DNA of 64,000 bases from an uncultured Bacilli bacterium (GTDB taxonomy: Bacteria > Bacillota_I > Bacilli_A > RFN20 > CAG-826), in contig CALVOX010000005.1 of the NCBI GenBank assembly GCA_944350425.1, forward strand, positions 26,100 through 90,099. Direction: 5' to 3'. The notes beneath the pieces were generated by a model that was given only the letters and a program-made list of their open reading frames with translations, was not told the DNA's origin and did no database searches. Shown in pieces: positions 47,346-57,531 of this stretch; within the stretch, counting starts at the first letter, position 1, and the number at the start of each line of letters is the position of its first letter. The translations under genes were made by a program, and so were the position numbers.

Positions 47346-47835
47346 AAAATAGTTTCTCCTCTCGTTTCTTTGAAATTATATATGTATTTATACATATATG
47401 TCAAATTAATAAGACCACAAAAAAGATTATAATCCTTTATTTGGGTTTTGATATTATAGTTTAAATTTCTCGATAAAACAAAGATTATTTTAAAAGTGAT
47501 AGTAAATTTTTAGTAGCATAATTTTATATTGAAAATAATAAATGTGTTTTGTGATTATTGTGCAAATTTCAATTATTTCGATTATCATCACATAAATGAA
47601 TGTGGATAAAACAAAAATGTGCATAATTTTAAAGTTTGTAATTGTGTATAAATTTTTATTTTAAAGTTTTACACAAGTTTTACACACTAAAAATTGTTGA
47701 AAACAAAGAAAGTCTCTAAAATATGCTATATTTTTTAATATTTTTTTGTGGAAAACATATTTTTGAAAATATTTTAACTTTTAATATATCTATTTTTTGC
47801 TAAAATATTAATTAAATTTTAGGATTTTATTATTT
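47346..47835. other. oriC region (rpmH-dnaA intergenic) with DnaA boxes
   Basis: Perfect box TGTGGATAA at 47601-47609. One-mismatch boxes at 47618-47626 (TGTGCATAA), 47643-47651 (TGTGTATAA) and 47747-47755 (TGTGGAAAA). Tandem AGTTTTACACA x2 at 47665-47686. 490 bp with no ORF. Gene orientation flips here. Confidence 0.85.
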
Positions 47836-49206
47836 ATGAAAATTAGCGATGCAAATACACAAAGAAACATATGGGATAAAATTTTGAACTCAATTAAAGA
47901 TTCAAATAAAGTTTCTAACCAGTTATTTAACGCTTATTTTAAGAAAACTTTTATTTCTTCAGTTGAGGGAAGCAAAATCATTGTGGGTTGTGAATCTGCC
48001 GCTGGTACAAATATTCTAAAAAATAATTTTAAAGAATTATTCTTATCAAACGTCGCTAAAACAACTGGAACCGATTTCGATATTGTTTTTGTTCCTTTAG
48101 TTGAACTCAAAGTAAAAACTAAAGAGCAAATTATTAAAGAATCTGATCCTGTCTATTTTAAGTCTTCAAAATTAGATCCTTCATTTACATTTGAAAAATT
48201 TATTGAAGGACCTTCAAATAAAGAAGCAAGAAAAGCTTCGCTAATGGTAGCATCTAATCCAGGTAATATGTATAATCCATTATACATTCAAGGTGATTCT
48301 GGTTTAGGTAAAACGCACTTATTACATGCAATTGCACATCAAATAAAGGAATCTTATCCCGAAAAGAAAATTTTATATACTACTTCTCAATCTTTCTTTG
48401 ATGAATATATTACATTTACCAAAAATGTTACAAATAATCTAAATTTAACTGATTATTTAAAAAACATAGATGTTTTATTAATTGACGATATTCAACAACT
48501 GCGTGGGAGAGAAAAAACTCTAGATTATTTCTTTGAAGTTTACTCTTATTTTATCAGAAATAATAAACAGGTTGTTCTTACTTCTGATAGACCACAAAAT
48601 GAATTAGAAGGAATACCAAATAGATTAATTACTAGATTTCTTTCAGGCTTATCGGTAGTTATTTCTAAACCTAATTTTGCCACGTGTAAAGAAATTTTAT
48701 TGAAGAAAATCGAGTTTTCTGCAATGAATACTTCAGATTTTTCTGATGATGCTCTTGATTATATTTCTGAAAATTATTCTTCTTCTATTAGACAACTCGA
48801 AGGTATTTTAACTCGTCTTACTTTCTACACTACAATTAATAATTATAATGGCACTATAGATCTAAATTATTTAACGGAAGCTTTAGGTCTTACAAACATT
48901 AAAATTGACAAAAATATTCAAGTTGATTCAAATAGAATTCTTCATGTTGTATCGGATTATTATTCAATTTCTATAGAACAGATAAAAGGTAGTTCTAGAA
49001 AAAACCAAGTTGTTATTGCTAGACAAATAGCGATGTATTTAATTAGAACTATTCTTGATACTCCGTTAATAGAAATAGGTAAAATATTCTCTAATAGAGA
49101 TCATACAACCGTTATGCACTCTATAGCTAAAGTGGATAATATGTTGAAAACTGATTCCCAGCTAGAAAATGTAATATCTACTCTTCGCACTAAAATAAAT
49201 GGATAA
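47836..49206 (+). CDS. dnaA: Chromosomal replication initiator protein DnaA
   Basis: GDSGLGKTHLL Walker A, LLIDDIQ, C-terminal DNA-binding RDHTTVMH. Confidence 0.98.
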   Translation: MKISDANTQRNIWDKILNSIKDSNKVSNQLFNAYFKKTFISSVEGSKIIVGCESAAGTNILKNNFKELFLSNVAKTTGTDFDIVFVPLVELKVKTKEQIIKESDPVYFKSSKLDPSFTFEKFIEGPSNKEARKASLMVASNPGNMYNPLYIQGDSGLGKTHLLHAIAHQIKESYPEKKILYTTSQSFFDEYITFTKNVTNNLNLTDYLKNIDVLLIDDIQQLRGREKTLDYFFEVYSYFIRNNKQVVLTSDRPQNELEGIPNRLITRFLSGLSVVISKPNFATCKEILLKKIEFSAMNTSDFSDDALDYISENYSSSIRQLEGILTRLTFYTTINNYNGTIDLNYLTEALGLTNIKIDKNIQVDSNRILHVVSDYYSISIEQIKGSSRKNQVVIARQIAMYLIRTILDTPLIEIGKIFSNRDHTTVMHSIAKVDNMLKTDSQLENVISTLRTKING

Positions 49207-49320
49207 ATATCTATATAAATATAGTAAAATATTTTATACAAAAAAAGTTATCCACAATATTCACAGTTTCCACATACATTATTATTAATATAAATATATA
49301 AAAAAGAGGTAATTAATATT
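49207..49320. other. Second DnaA-box cluster (dnaA-dnaN spacer)
   Basis: Perfect TTATCCACA at 49248-49256 and GTTTCCACA at 49266-49274. Confidence 0.7.
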
Positions 49321-50436
49321 ATGAAATTAACAGTTGATAGAAATGAATTATTAAAAGCATTAGTTAATTCTTCGAAAGTTGCTAGAGGATCTGATCAAAT
49401 ATTGAATAATTTAAAACTCGATTTATTTGAAGATAAGTTAGAAATTACTGGTTCAAACGGAGAATTAACTATTAAAACAATTGTTCCACGTTATAAAAAT
49501 GACAGAGCTTTATTCAGAGATGTTTTGCCAGGTTCTATTTTACTAAATGCAAAAATGTTTACTGAAGTTATTCGTAGAATGGATGATAATGAAGTTTCAA
49601 TTTCGATTGAAGATAATTCTATCGCTAAAATTTGGAATACAAAATCAATGTTTAATTTAAACGTAAATCGTGCTGAAGAATATCGTGAATTAGATTTTTC
49701 GGAAGAAGGAGTTCATTTAACTTTAAGTAAAAATGATTTCGTTGACGCTATAAATCAAACATCATTTGCATGTTCTATAAAAGCTAGAGCAATTTTACAA
49801 TGCGTTAACATTGAAAATGATGAAGAAAAAATTACCTTTGTAGCAACCGATGGTTCAAGACTTGCTAAAAAAGTTATTTCTTATCCAAGTGATGAGCGTT
49901 TTATTGTTAATATAAACCAAAAAAATATCAATGAAGTAGTACATACTTTAAGTGAAGAAGATGAAGTTATAGATATATTTATTTCAGATAGAAAAGTACT
50001 ATTCAAAATGATTAATTGTGTAATTATTTCCACAATTACAACAGGCGAATATCCAAATACTAGAAATATCATTCCTCATAACTTTGATTATCGATTAGAA
50101 GTCAATTCAGATGAATTTTTAAAAGCGCTAGATCGTATCGTTTTACTTTCAATTGATAGAGAAAATATTGTAAAACTCACAATGACCGAAGATGAAGTTG
50201 TTTTATCATCAAAATCACAAGAAATTGGTGATGCAAAAGAAGTACTTCAACTCTTCAAATTTAGCGGTGAAAGACTTGAGATATCTTTTAATGTAAATTA
50301 CGTATCACAAGCTATTAAAGCTCTTAAATGTCAAGATATTTTAATATCTTTTTTAGGAGAAATGAAACCATTTACAGTCACTAATAAAAATGATGAAAAT
50401 TGTACTCAATTAATCACTCCAGTCAGAACTTATTAA
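49321..50436 (+). CDS. dnaN: DNA polymerase III subunit beta
   Basis: 371 aa in the conserved position after dnaA. Starts MKLTVDRNELLKAL and ends LITPVRTY, both typical. Confidence 0.95.
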   Translation: MKLTVDRNELLKALVNSSKVARGSDQILNNLKLDLFEDKLEITGSNGELTIKTIVPRYKNDRALFRDVLPGSILLNAKMFTEVIRRMDDNEVSISIEDNSIAKIWNTKSMFNLNVNRAEEYRELDFSEEGVHLTLSKNDFVDAINQTSFACSIKARAILQCVNIENDEEKITFVATDGSRLAKKVISYPSDERFIVNINQKNINEVVHTLSEEDEVIDIFISDRKVLFKMINCVIISTITTGEYPNTRNIIPHNFDYRLEVNSDEFLKALDRIVLLSIDRENIVKLTMTEDEVVLSSKSQEIGDAKEVLQLFKFSGERLEISFNVNYVSQAIKALKCQDILISFLGEMKPFTVTNKNDENCTQLITPVRTY

Positions 50437-50550
50437 TTTCACGTGAAAACTTTTTAGTTAAACAAAAAAATAAAAATTCAATATTGAGAAATCCTTAAAT
50501 ACCAATAGATTTTTAACTTCCTTTAATATATAATATTAAAGGAGTTTTTT

Positions 50551-50769
50551 ATGGATTTTGAAAAAGTTAAAATTAATACCGAATTTATAACACTTGGCCA
50601 ACTTTTAAAATTCGTTGATGTTATTGATTTTGGAGGAGAAGCAAAATCATATATTTTTGAACATACAATTTTAATAGATGGAGTTGATACAAAACAAAGA
50701 GGTAAAAAAATATATCCTGGTATGAAAGTAATCATTGATAACTCCATGTTCTTTGAAATAACTAAATGA
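50551..50769 (+). CDS. yaaA: S4-like RNA-binding protein YaaA
   Basis: 72 aa (ITLGQLLKFVD...). Conserved dnaN-yaaA-recF position. ATGA overlap with recF. Confidence 0.8.
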   Translation: MDFEKVKINTEFITLGQLLKFVDVIDFGGEAKSYIFEHTILIDGVDTKQRGKKIYPGMKVIIDNSMFFEITK

Positions 50770-51836
50770 TAATAGAATCTTTGAAACTTAATAATTTTAG
50801 AAATTTTAAAACTTTGAATATACATTTTACCAAAGGAATAAATTTTTTATATGGGAAAAATGGTAGTGGAAAAACTAATGTAGTTGAAGCTATTTATTTC
50901 TTTTACCTTACTAAAAGTTTTAGAACTAATAACTATTTACAGCTAATTAAAATAAATAATGAATTTTCTGTTATTAACGGAATATTTAATGAAGGAATGA
51001 TGAAATATAAAATTGATATCCAATTATCAAAAGATGGAAAAAAAGTACTTGTTAATAATAAAAACATTACAAAAATATCTGAACTAAGTAATTTACTCGA
51101 TATTATTTATTTCATTCCAAAAGAAGTAAATTTGTTCAAGGAAAGTCCGAAAGTAAGAAGAAATTTTTTAAACTTATCGATTTCTAAATTTGATGATAAT
51201 TATCTTTATAATTTACAAAACTACGAAAAAGTTTTAAAAGAAAGAAACGATTTACTTAAAGAAGATAATTTTGATGAAAATTTAATTAAGATTTACGATG
51301 AACAAATAGCTAAATTTTCGTGTTATATATATAAAATTCGCAAAAAATATGTTTTAGAGCTAAATAAATATCTTTCTAGTATTTATACAAAAATTAGTGG
51401 TAATAACGAAGAATTAAAGCTTCATTATGTCCCCTACATAAATGAAAACGAGAATTATTTGAAAGTTTTTAAAGAAATATATTCTAGTAATCTCGAAAAT
51501 GATAAGAAATACAAGCGTACAACTGAAGGAATTCATTTAGAAGATATTTATTTAACTTTAAATGATAAAAATTTATCTTTTTTTGGATCTCAAGGTGAAA
51601 ATAGAACAGCTATATTAAGTTTAAAATTAGCACCATATTTCTTGATAAACGAGGAAAATAAAAAGCCTATTATCATTTTAGATGATGTATTAAGTGAATT
51701 AGATAGTTCAAGAAAGACTAAATTTATAGAATTTTTGAAAAAATTTAATCAAGTATTTATTACATCTACAAATAAAATTAACGATTTAAATTTGACTTAT
51801 TATTTAGTAAGTGATGAGGGAGTAAGTATAAAATAG
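50766..51836 (+). CDS. recF: DNA replication and repair protein RecF
   Basis: Walker A GKNGSGKTNVVEAI, signature-like FGSQGE, Walker B IIILDDVLSELD. Confidence 0.95.
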   Translation: MIIESLKLNNFRNFKTLNIHFTKGINFLYGKNGSGKTNVVEAIYFFYLTKSFRTNNYLQLIKINNEFSVINGIFNEGMMKYKIDIQLSKDGKKVLVNNKNITKISELSNLLDIIYFIPKEVNLFKESPKVRRNFLNLSISKFDDNYLYNLQNYEKVLKERNDLLKEDNFDENLIKIYDEQIAKFSCYIYKIRKKYVLELNKYLSSIYTKISGNNEELKLHYVPYINENENYLKVFKEIYSSNLENDKKYKRTTEGIHLEDIYLTLNDKNLSFFGSQGENRTAILSLKLAPYFLINEENKKPIIILDDVLSELDSSRKTKFIEFLKKFNQVFITSTNKINDLNLTYYLVSDEGVSIK

Positions 51837-51845
51837 GGGGTTTAT

Positions 51846-53954
51846 ATGGAAAATAAAATTAAGGAAGAAAACTTGATCGAAAACGAAGAAGAAATTAATG
51901 AAGAAGATTTAAAAATCTCAGAAGACGAAGGTTTTTCTGATACCGAAAAAGAATTAGATAGACAAATTGATAAAAATATTATTGAAATAAGTGATGATTC
52001 TACTTTAGAAAAAGGTAGTGAAAATTATGATTCATCAGATTTAACAGTTCTCGATGGTCTTGAAGCTGTAAGACTAAGACCTGGTATGTATATTGGAACT
52101 ACATCAGTAATAGGTTTACATCATCTTGTTTGGGAAATTGTAGATAATGGTATTGATGAAGCTTTAGCAGGATATTGTGATAAAATTGATGTAACAATTA
52201 ATCCTGATAATTCTATTACCGTTATAGATAATGGTCGTGGTATTCCAGTTGATATTGTTGAAAAAACTGGAATTTCAGGAGTTGAAACTGTCTATACCGT
52301 TCTTCATGCTGGAGGAAAATTTGGTTTTAATGATGGTTATAAATTTTCTGGTGGTTTACATGGTGTTGGTGCATCTGTTGTTAATGGTTTGTCTTCTTGG
52401 TGTGAAGTTAATGTTTATAGAGATGGTGGAGAATATTTCATTCGATTTGAAGATGGCGGACATGTAGTTGAACATTTACGTCGTATAGGTGATTCTTCTT
52501 TACACGGAACTAAAGTTACTTTTAAACCAGATCCAACTATTTTTACCGAAACAACAGAATTTAACTATGACACAATCTTGACTAGATTAAGACAAATGGC
52601 TTTCTTAAATAAAGGAATTACAATTACTTTAACAGATAAAAGAATTGAGCCAAATAAACATGAAGAATTCTGCTATAAAGGTGGAATCATTGAATATGTC
52701 GATTATTTAGATAGAAAGTCTGAAAAATTAGTTGATAATGTTTTCTATTGCCATAGTGCTCAAATTTTTAAAGATGAATTTAGTGAATATGAAATTATTG
52801 TTGAAGTAGCAATGCAATATTGCAATCAAGATAATATTAATATTTACTCTTTCTGTAACAATGTTGCTACCGGAAATGGTGGTACACATATTGAAGGTTT
52901 TAACCTAGCTATTGCAAGAGTCTTTAATAATTACGCTAGAAATAATAATTTTTTAAAGAAAAATGATAAAGAAAAGATTGTTGCTGAAGATTGTAGAAAA
53001 GGTTTAACAGCAATTATTTCAGTTAAACACCCTAACCCACAATACGAAGGTCAAACAAAAGGAAAACTTGGCAACGTTGAAGTTAAAAAGATTGTTTCTA
53101 ACGTTGTTGGCGAAGCTTTAGAAAGATATTTAAATGAAAATAAACAAATTGCTACTGCAATACTTACCAAAGTTAAAACAAATTATGATTATAGATTAAA
53201 AATGGCTGCCTATTCTAGCCAATTAAAAAAGAAAACTGGATTAGAAATTACTACTTTACCAGGTAAATTAGCAGATTGTTCAAGTAACGATCCAAGAGAA
53301 TGCGAATTATTTATCGTAGAAGGTAATTCTGCTGGAGGTAGCGCTAAACTTGGTAGAGATCCAAAAATCCAAGCTATATTACCTTTAAGGGGTAAAATTC
53401 TTAATGTTCAAAAGGCTCAAGATCATAAAATTTTAGAAAATGCTGAAATTGGTAATATGATTACTGCAATTGGTGGTGGTTATGGCGATAATTTTGATGT
53501 AAGCAAAATTAGATACCATAAGATTATTATCATGACTGATGCTGATGTTGATGGTTCGCATATTCGAATTTTACTTTTAACATTCTTTAATCGTTTTATG
53601 AAGCCATTAATTGAAAAAGGCTATGTTTATATTGCTCAACCTCCTTTATACAAAGTTCAATATAAAGGAAAAGATTACTACGCTTATCGTGAAGAAGAAT
53701 TACTTAAAATTAGAAAAGATTTAAATTTAAAAGATAATTATCCAATGCAAAGATATAAAGGTCTTGGTGAAATGGATCCAGATCAACTTGAAGAAACTAC
53801 AATGAAACCAAGTGTTAGAAAAATGTTAAGAGTAACAGTTGAAGATGCAATTACGGCTGATTCAATATTTGATGAACTTATGGGTGAAGAAGTTGAACCA
53901 CGTAGAGAATTTATTCGTGAAAACGCTCAATTCGTTAAGAATCTTGATATTTAG
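51846..53954 (+). CDS. gyrB: DNA gyrase subunit B (with acidic N-terminal extension of about 60 aa)
   Basis: LEAVRLRPGMYIG, GLHHLVWEIVDNGIDE, PGKLADC, EGNSAGG, IMTDADVDGSHI. Confidence 0.98.
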   Translation: MENKIKEENLIENEEEINEEDLKISEDEGFSDTEKELDRQIDKNIIEISDDSTLEKGSENYDSSDLTVLDGLEAVRLRPGMYIGTTSVIGLHHLVWEIVDNGIDEALAGYCDKIDVTINPDNSITVIDNGRGIPVDIVEKTGISGVETVYTVLHAGGKFGFNDGYKFSGGLHGVGASVVNGLSSWCEVNVYRDGGEYFIRFEDGGHVVEHLRRIGDSSLHGTKVTFKPDPTIFTETTEFNYDTILTRLRQMAFLNKGITITLTDKRIEPNKHEEFCYKGGIIEYVDYLDRKSEKLVDNVFYCHSAQIFKDEFSEYEIIVEVAMQYCNQDNINIYSFCNNVATGNGGTHIEGFNLAIARVFNNYARNNNFLKKNDKEKIVAEDCRKGLTAIISVKHPNPQYEGQTKGKLGNVEVKKIVSNVVGEALERYLNENKQIATAILTKVKTNYDYRLKMAAYSSQLKKKTGLEITTLPGKLADCSSNDPRECELFIVEGNSAGGSAKLGRDPKIQAILPLRGKILNVQKAQDHKILENAEIGNMITAIGGGYGDNFDVSKIRYHKIIIMTDADVDGSHIRILLLTFFNRFMKPLIEKGYVYIAQPPLYKVQYKGKDYYAYREEELLKIRKDLNLKDNYPMQRYKGLGEMDPDQLEETTMKPSVRKMLRVTVEDAITADSIFDELMGEEVEPRREFIRENAQFVKNLDI

Positions 53955-53975
53955 TTTTAGAAAAAGGAGTTTATT

Positions 53976-56507
53976 ATGTCAGAAGAAATAAAAGACGTTA
54001 TTGAAAGTGGTATTACACCATCTTTAAAAGATGAAGAAATTACTGAGCAAGTCAAAAACTCATTTCTAGACTATGCGATGAGTGTTATCGTTTCAAGAGC
54101 TCTTCCAGATGTAAGAGATGGTTTAAAACCTGTTAATAGAAGAATTATTTATTCAATGAATGAAAGTGGTTATACACCTGATAAACCATTTGTTAAATCA
54201 GCTAAAATCACCGGTGAAGTTATGGGTAAATATCACCCACATGGTAACGCTTCAATTTATACAGCTTTAGTTAGATTAGCTCAATATTTTTCAATGAGAT
54301 ATCCTCTTATTGACGGCCATGGTAACTTCGGTACGATGGACGGAGATGAGGCTGCAGCAGAAAGATATACCGAAGCCAAACTGAAGAAATTATCTCTGGA
54401 AATGGTAAGAGATATTAAATACAATACGGTAGATTTTTCCCCAAACTATGATGGTACCGAAATAGAGCCTAGTGTATTACCAACACACTTTCCTAATTTA
54501 CTTGTCAATGGAAGTGATGGAATTGCTGTTGGTATGGCTACTAAAATGCCTCCTCATAATTTAAGAGAAGTTATTGATGGAATTATTGCTTATAGAAAAA
54601 ATCCAGATATAACAGTTGAAGAATTAATGAAGTATATTAAAGGACCTGATTTTCCTACAGGCGGAATTATTTATGGTTTAAACGGAATTAGAGAAGCTTA
54701 TGCTACTGGAAAAGGCACTTTTAGGTTAAGAGCAAAAACCGAAATAGTTGAAAAGAAAGATGGCAGAAGCACAATTATTATTCGTGAAATACCTTATCAA
54801 GTTATTAAATCTTCCATCGTTAAACATATTGGTGAACTTTATAGAGAAAAAAAGATTGAAGGTATAACTTCAATTAAAGATTTTTCAAAAGTAGATGTAG
54901 ATATTGAAATAGAGTGTAAAAAAGATGCAATCCCATCCCTAATTCTTAATCAATTATTTAAAAATACTCAACTTGAAATATCTTATGGAATAATTAATTT
55001 AGCAATTGTAAATGGTGTTCCTAAAGTTTTATCTTTGAAAGACTTACTTAAAAATTATATTGATTTCCAAGTTGAAATAATTGAAAAAAGAACAAATTTT
55101 CTTTTAGATCGTGATGAAAAAAGAAAACATATCCTAGATGGATTGTTAATTTGTAGAGACAATATCGATGAAGTTGTTGCAATGGTAAAAGCTAGTGAAA
55201 ATAAGGAAGATTTTATAAGAAGAGCAACTGAATCTGAATTTCATTTTTCAAATGCTCAAGCAGAAGCTATATTTGTTTTACAACTTGGTAGATTAACTCA
55301 TCTGGAAGCTACAAAACTTATTGACGAAAAAACACAACTTGAAAAAAACATCGAATCATATCACCATATTCTTGAGTCACGTGAAAACATTTTAGATGTA
55401 ATGGAAAAAGAATTATTAGAAATTAAAGAAAAGTATGGCGACGATAGAAAGAGCGAAATCTCAAATCAAATTGTTTCTATAGATGATGAAGATTTAATTC
55501 CTGAAGAAGATGTTGTCTTTACTTTAACAAATAAAGGTTATATCAAAAGAATGCCAATTTCTGATTTCAAGAGACAAAGAAGAGGTGGCAAGGGTGTTAA
55601 AGGTTTGACTTCCTATGAAGATGATGAAGTGAATAAAATCATTTATTCAAATACTCATACTGATATTTTACTTTTCTCTAATTTTGGAAAAGTATATAGA
55701 ATTAAAGGTTATTCAGTTCCTGAAGGAAGTAGATCTTCAAAAGGTGTTAATTTAATTAATATTTTAAATTTAGATAAAGGAGAAAATATTATTTCAATCG
55801 TTCCAACAAGCGAATACGAAAATAAATATTTGTTCTTTGCAACAAGAAAAGGACTCGTAAAAAGAACAAAATTAGAGGAATTCATAAGAATTAATTCTAA
55901 TGGTAAATATGCTATTAAATTCAACGAAGATGATACTTTACTTGATGTAAAAGTTACTGATGGAAATGCAAAAATACTTCTTGCAGCTAGTAATGGACAA
56001 CTTTGTATGTTTAAAGAAGAACAAATTAGAGTTAGTGGTAGAACTTCTCATGGAGTCTTTGGCATGAAACTTGAAGGTGCTAATTTAATTTCTTTAGCTA
56101 CTTCAAATGAAGGAAACTTAGTTTTAGTTACAAGTGAAAATGGATTAGGTAAACTTTCACCAATTGAAGATTATCGCGAAACAAAACGTAATTCAAAAGG
56201 TGTTAAAACTATCAAAATCACTGATAAAACTGGTGATTTATGCGCTATGAAAGTAGTTAATGGTGATGAAGATTATGTTACTATCACAAAAGATGGACTT
56301 GTTGTTAGAGCTGCTTTAAGTGATGTTAGAATTTGTGGAAGAAATTCACAAGGCGTAAAAATGGTTAATTTCAAAAATGAGAATGATAAAGTAATTTCAA
56401 TTACCATCGTTCCTCACGAAGAAGAAAATGATGTAGAAATAGAAGGTGATTTATCAATAAACGAAAATGAAGATGTCTCTATAGAAGATATAGGTGAAGA
56501 TTTATAA
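53976..56507 (+). CDS. gyrA: DNA gyrase subunit A
   Basis: GKYHPHG and the [10 protein letters not shown] active-site Tyr region, plus C-terminal beta-pinwheel repeats. Confidence 0.98.
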   Translation: MSEEIKDVIESGITPSLKDEEITEQVKNSFLDYAMSVIVSRALPDVRDGLKPVNRRIIYSMNESGYTPDKPFVKSAKITGEVMGKYHPHGNASIYTALVRLAQYFSMRYPLIDGHGNFGTMDGDEAAAERYTEAKLKKLSLEMVRDIKYNTVDFSPNYDGTEIEPSVLPTHFPNLLVNGSDGIAVGMATKMPPHNLREVIDGIIAYRKNPDITVEELMKYIKGPDFPTGGIIYGLNGIREAYATGKGTFRLRAKTEIVEKKDGRSTIIIREIPYQVIKSSIVKHIGELYREKKIEGITSIKDFSKVDVDIEIECKKDAIPSLILNQLFKNTQLEISYGIINLAIVNGVPKVLSLKDLLKNYIDFQVEIIEKRTNFLLDRDEKRKHILDGLLICRDNIDEVVAMVKASENKEDFIRRATESEFHFSNAQAEAIFVLQLGRLTHLEATKLIDEKTQLEKNIESYHHILESRENILDVMEKELLEIKEKYGDDRKSEISNQIVSIDDEDLIPEEDVVFTLTNKGYIKRMPISDFKRQRRGGKGVKGLTSYEDDEVNKIIYSNTHTDILLFSNFGKVYRIKGYSVPEGSRSSKGVNLINILNLDKGENIISIVPTSEYENKYLFFATRKGLVKRTKLEEFIRINSNGKYAIKFNEDDTLLDVKVTDGNAKILLAASNGQLCMFKEEQIRVSGRTSHGVFGMKLEGANLISLATSNEGNLVLVTSENGLGKLSPIEDYRETKRNSKGVKTIKITDKTGDLCAMKVVNGDEDYVTITKDGLVVRAALSDVRICGRNSQGVKMVNFKNENDKVISITIVPHEEENDVEIEGDLSINENEDVSIEDIGEDL

Positions 56508-57531
56508 AATGTACCCTTTAGTTTTTGAAAATTTATTCAATAGTGATAGTTTTGAACTTTTAAAGATTAAAAACTCAATTGAATCGTGTTTAGATTTACA
56601 AAATGTTAATTATACAACATCTTTTTTTGATGAAACTTTTGATCTCGTTCATTTCTTTTCGGTAAATGATTTTTCTCATTATTCTAAAGAAATAAAAAAG
56701 AGTGTAAAAAAAGTTATTTCCTTGCTTTCTTGTGAAGAAGATCCTAATTTAAGGATTATTAAAGGAAAAAAAGAAAATAATGATAATGAATTAATTTATT
56801 TTCTAGAAAAAAAAGATGTTGAAATAATTAATCGAGCTGATGCAATATTAGTTCCATCTTTAAAAGCTAAAGAATTTTTACTTTCTAATGGAGTTACGAC
56901 AAAAATATTTATTTTTTTTAATCCAGTAAGATCAATTAAATACGATTTAAAAAACAATGTTTTAAATAAAGCTATTTTTCGATACTTAGGAATTAATGAA
57001 GATTCTTATATTGTTGTTTCTTCTTTATCTTATGAAGATTATCTTTCTTTAACTTATATAAACAATCTTGCTTTATCTTTCCCTATGTTAAAATTTGTTT
57101 TATTAACAACGAAAGATATAAATAAAAACTTTTATATAAAAGCTAAAAAGATATTTGATGAAAAAATCACCAACATTCGTTTTACTAATATTATTGACGA
57201 TGATATTTATGCTTCTTTGTTTTATAATGCAAAAGTTTTTATAAATTTATCTTCAACATATGGAAATGATCAAGAATTAATTGATGCTATGGTATCAAAA
57301 ACTCAAATTTTAACATTAAATTCTTCATCTTTTAGTGATATTGCGATTGATAAAGAAAATTGTTATACCTATAATAATTTTGCAGATTTGAAAAAAGGTC
57401 TTAATCAATATTTTAATGGATTATTACCTTCAACAATTGATGGAGGAATTAAATTTTCAAAAGATATTAACTTTAAAGAGCAAAGTGAAAAATTATTGAA
57501 AATATATAAAGAAGTTTTGGAGGAAAACTAA
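56494..57531 (+). CDS. GT-B fold (GT4-like) glycosyltransferase-like protein, motifs degenerate
   Basis: ADAILVPS, VVSSLSYEDY and FINLSSTYGNDQELIDAMVSKTQIL resemble GT4 C-terminal domain blocks, but the E-x7-E acidic residues are not conserved. An alternative ATG is at 56509. Confidence 0.35.
   Translation: MKIYKMYPLVFENLFNSDSFELLKIKNSIESCLDLQNVNYTTSFFDETFDLVHFFSVNDFSHYSKEIKKSVKKVISLLSCEEDPNLRIIKGKKENNDNELIYFLEKKDVEIINRADAILVPSLKAKEFLLSNGVTTKIFIFFNPVRSIKYDLKNNVLNKAIFRYLGINEDSYIVVSSLSYEDYLSLTYINNLALSFPMLKFVLLTTKDINKNFYIKAKKIFDEKITNIRFTNIIDDDIYASLFYNAKVFINLSSTYGNDQELIDAMVSKTQILTLNSSSFSDIAIDKENCYTYNNFADLKKGLNQYFNGLLPSTIDGGIKFSKDINFKEQSEKLLKIYKEVLEEN

Noticed and set aside
50437-50448. TTTCACGTGAAA after dnaN as a rho-independent terminator.
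   Set aside because: At best it forms a 4-bp A/U stem with a 4-nt loop, which is too weak. It is more consistent with a protein-binding palindrome.
50523-50825. 100-aa minus-strand ORF overlapping yaaA and the recF start.
   Set aside because: The plus-strand yaaA (S4-like, with SD and conserved dnaN-yaaA-recF synteny) explains the region. The minus ORF is a shadow frame.
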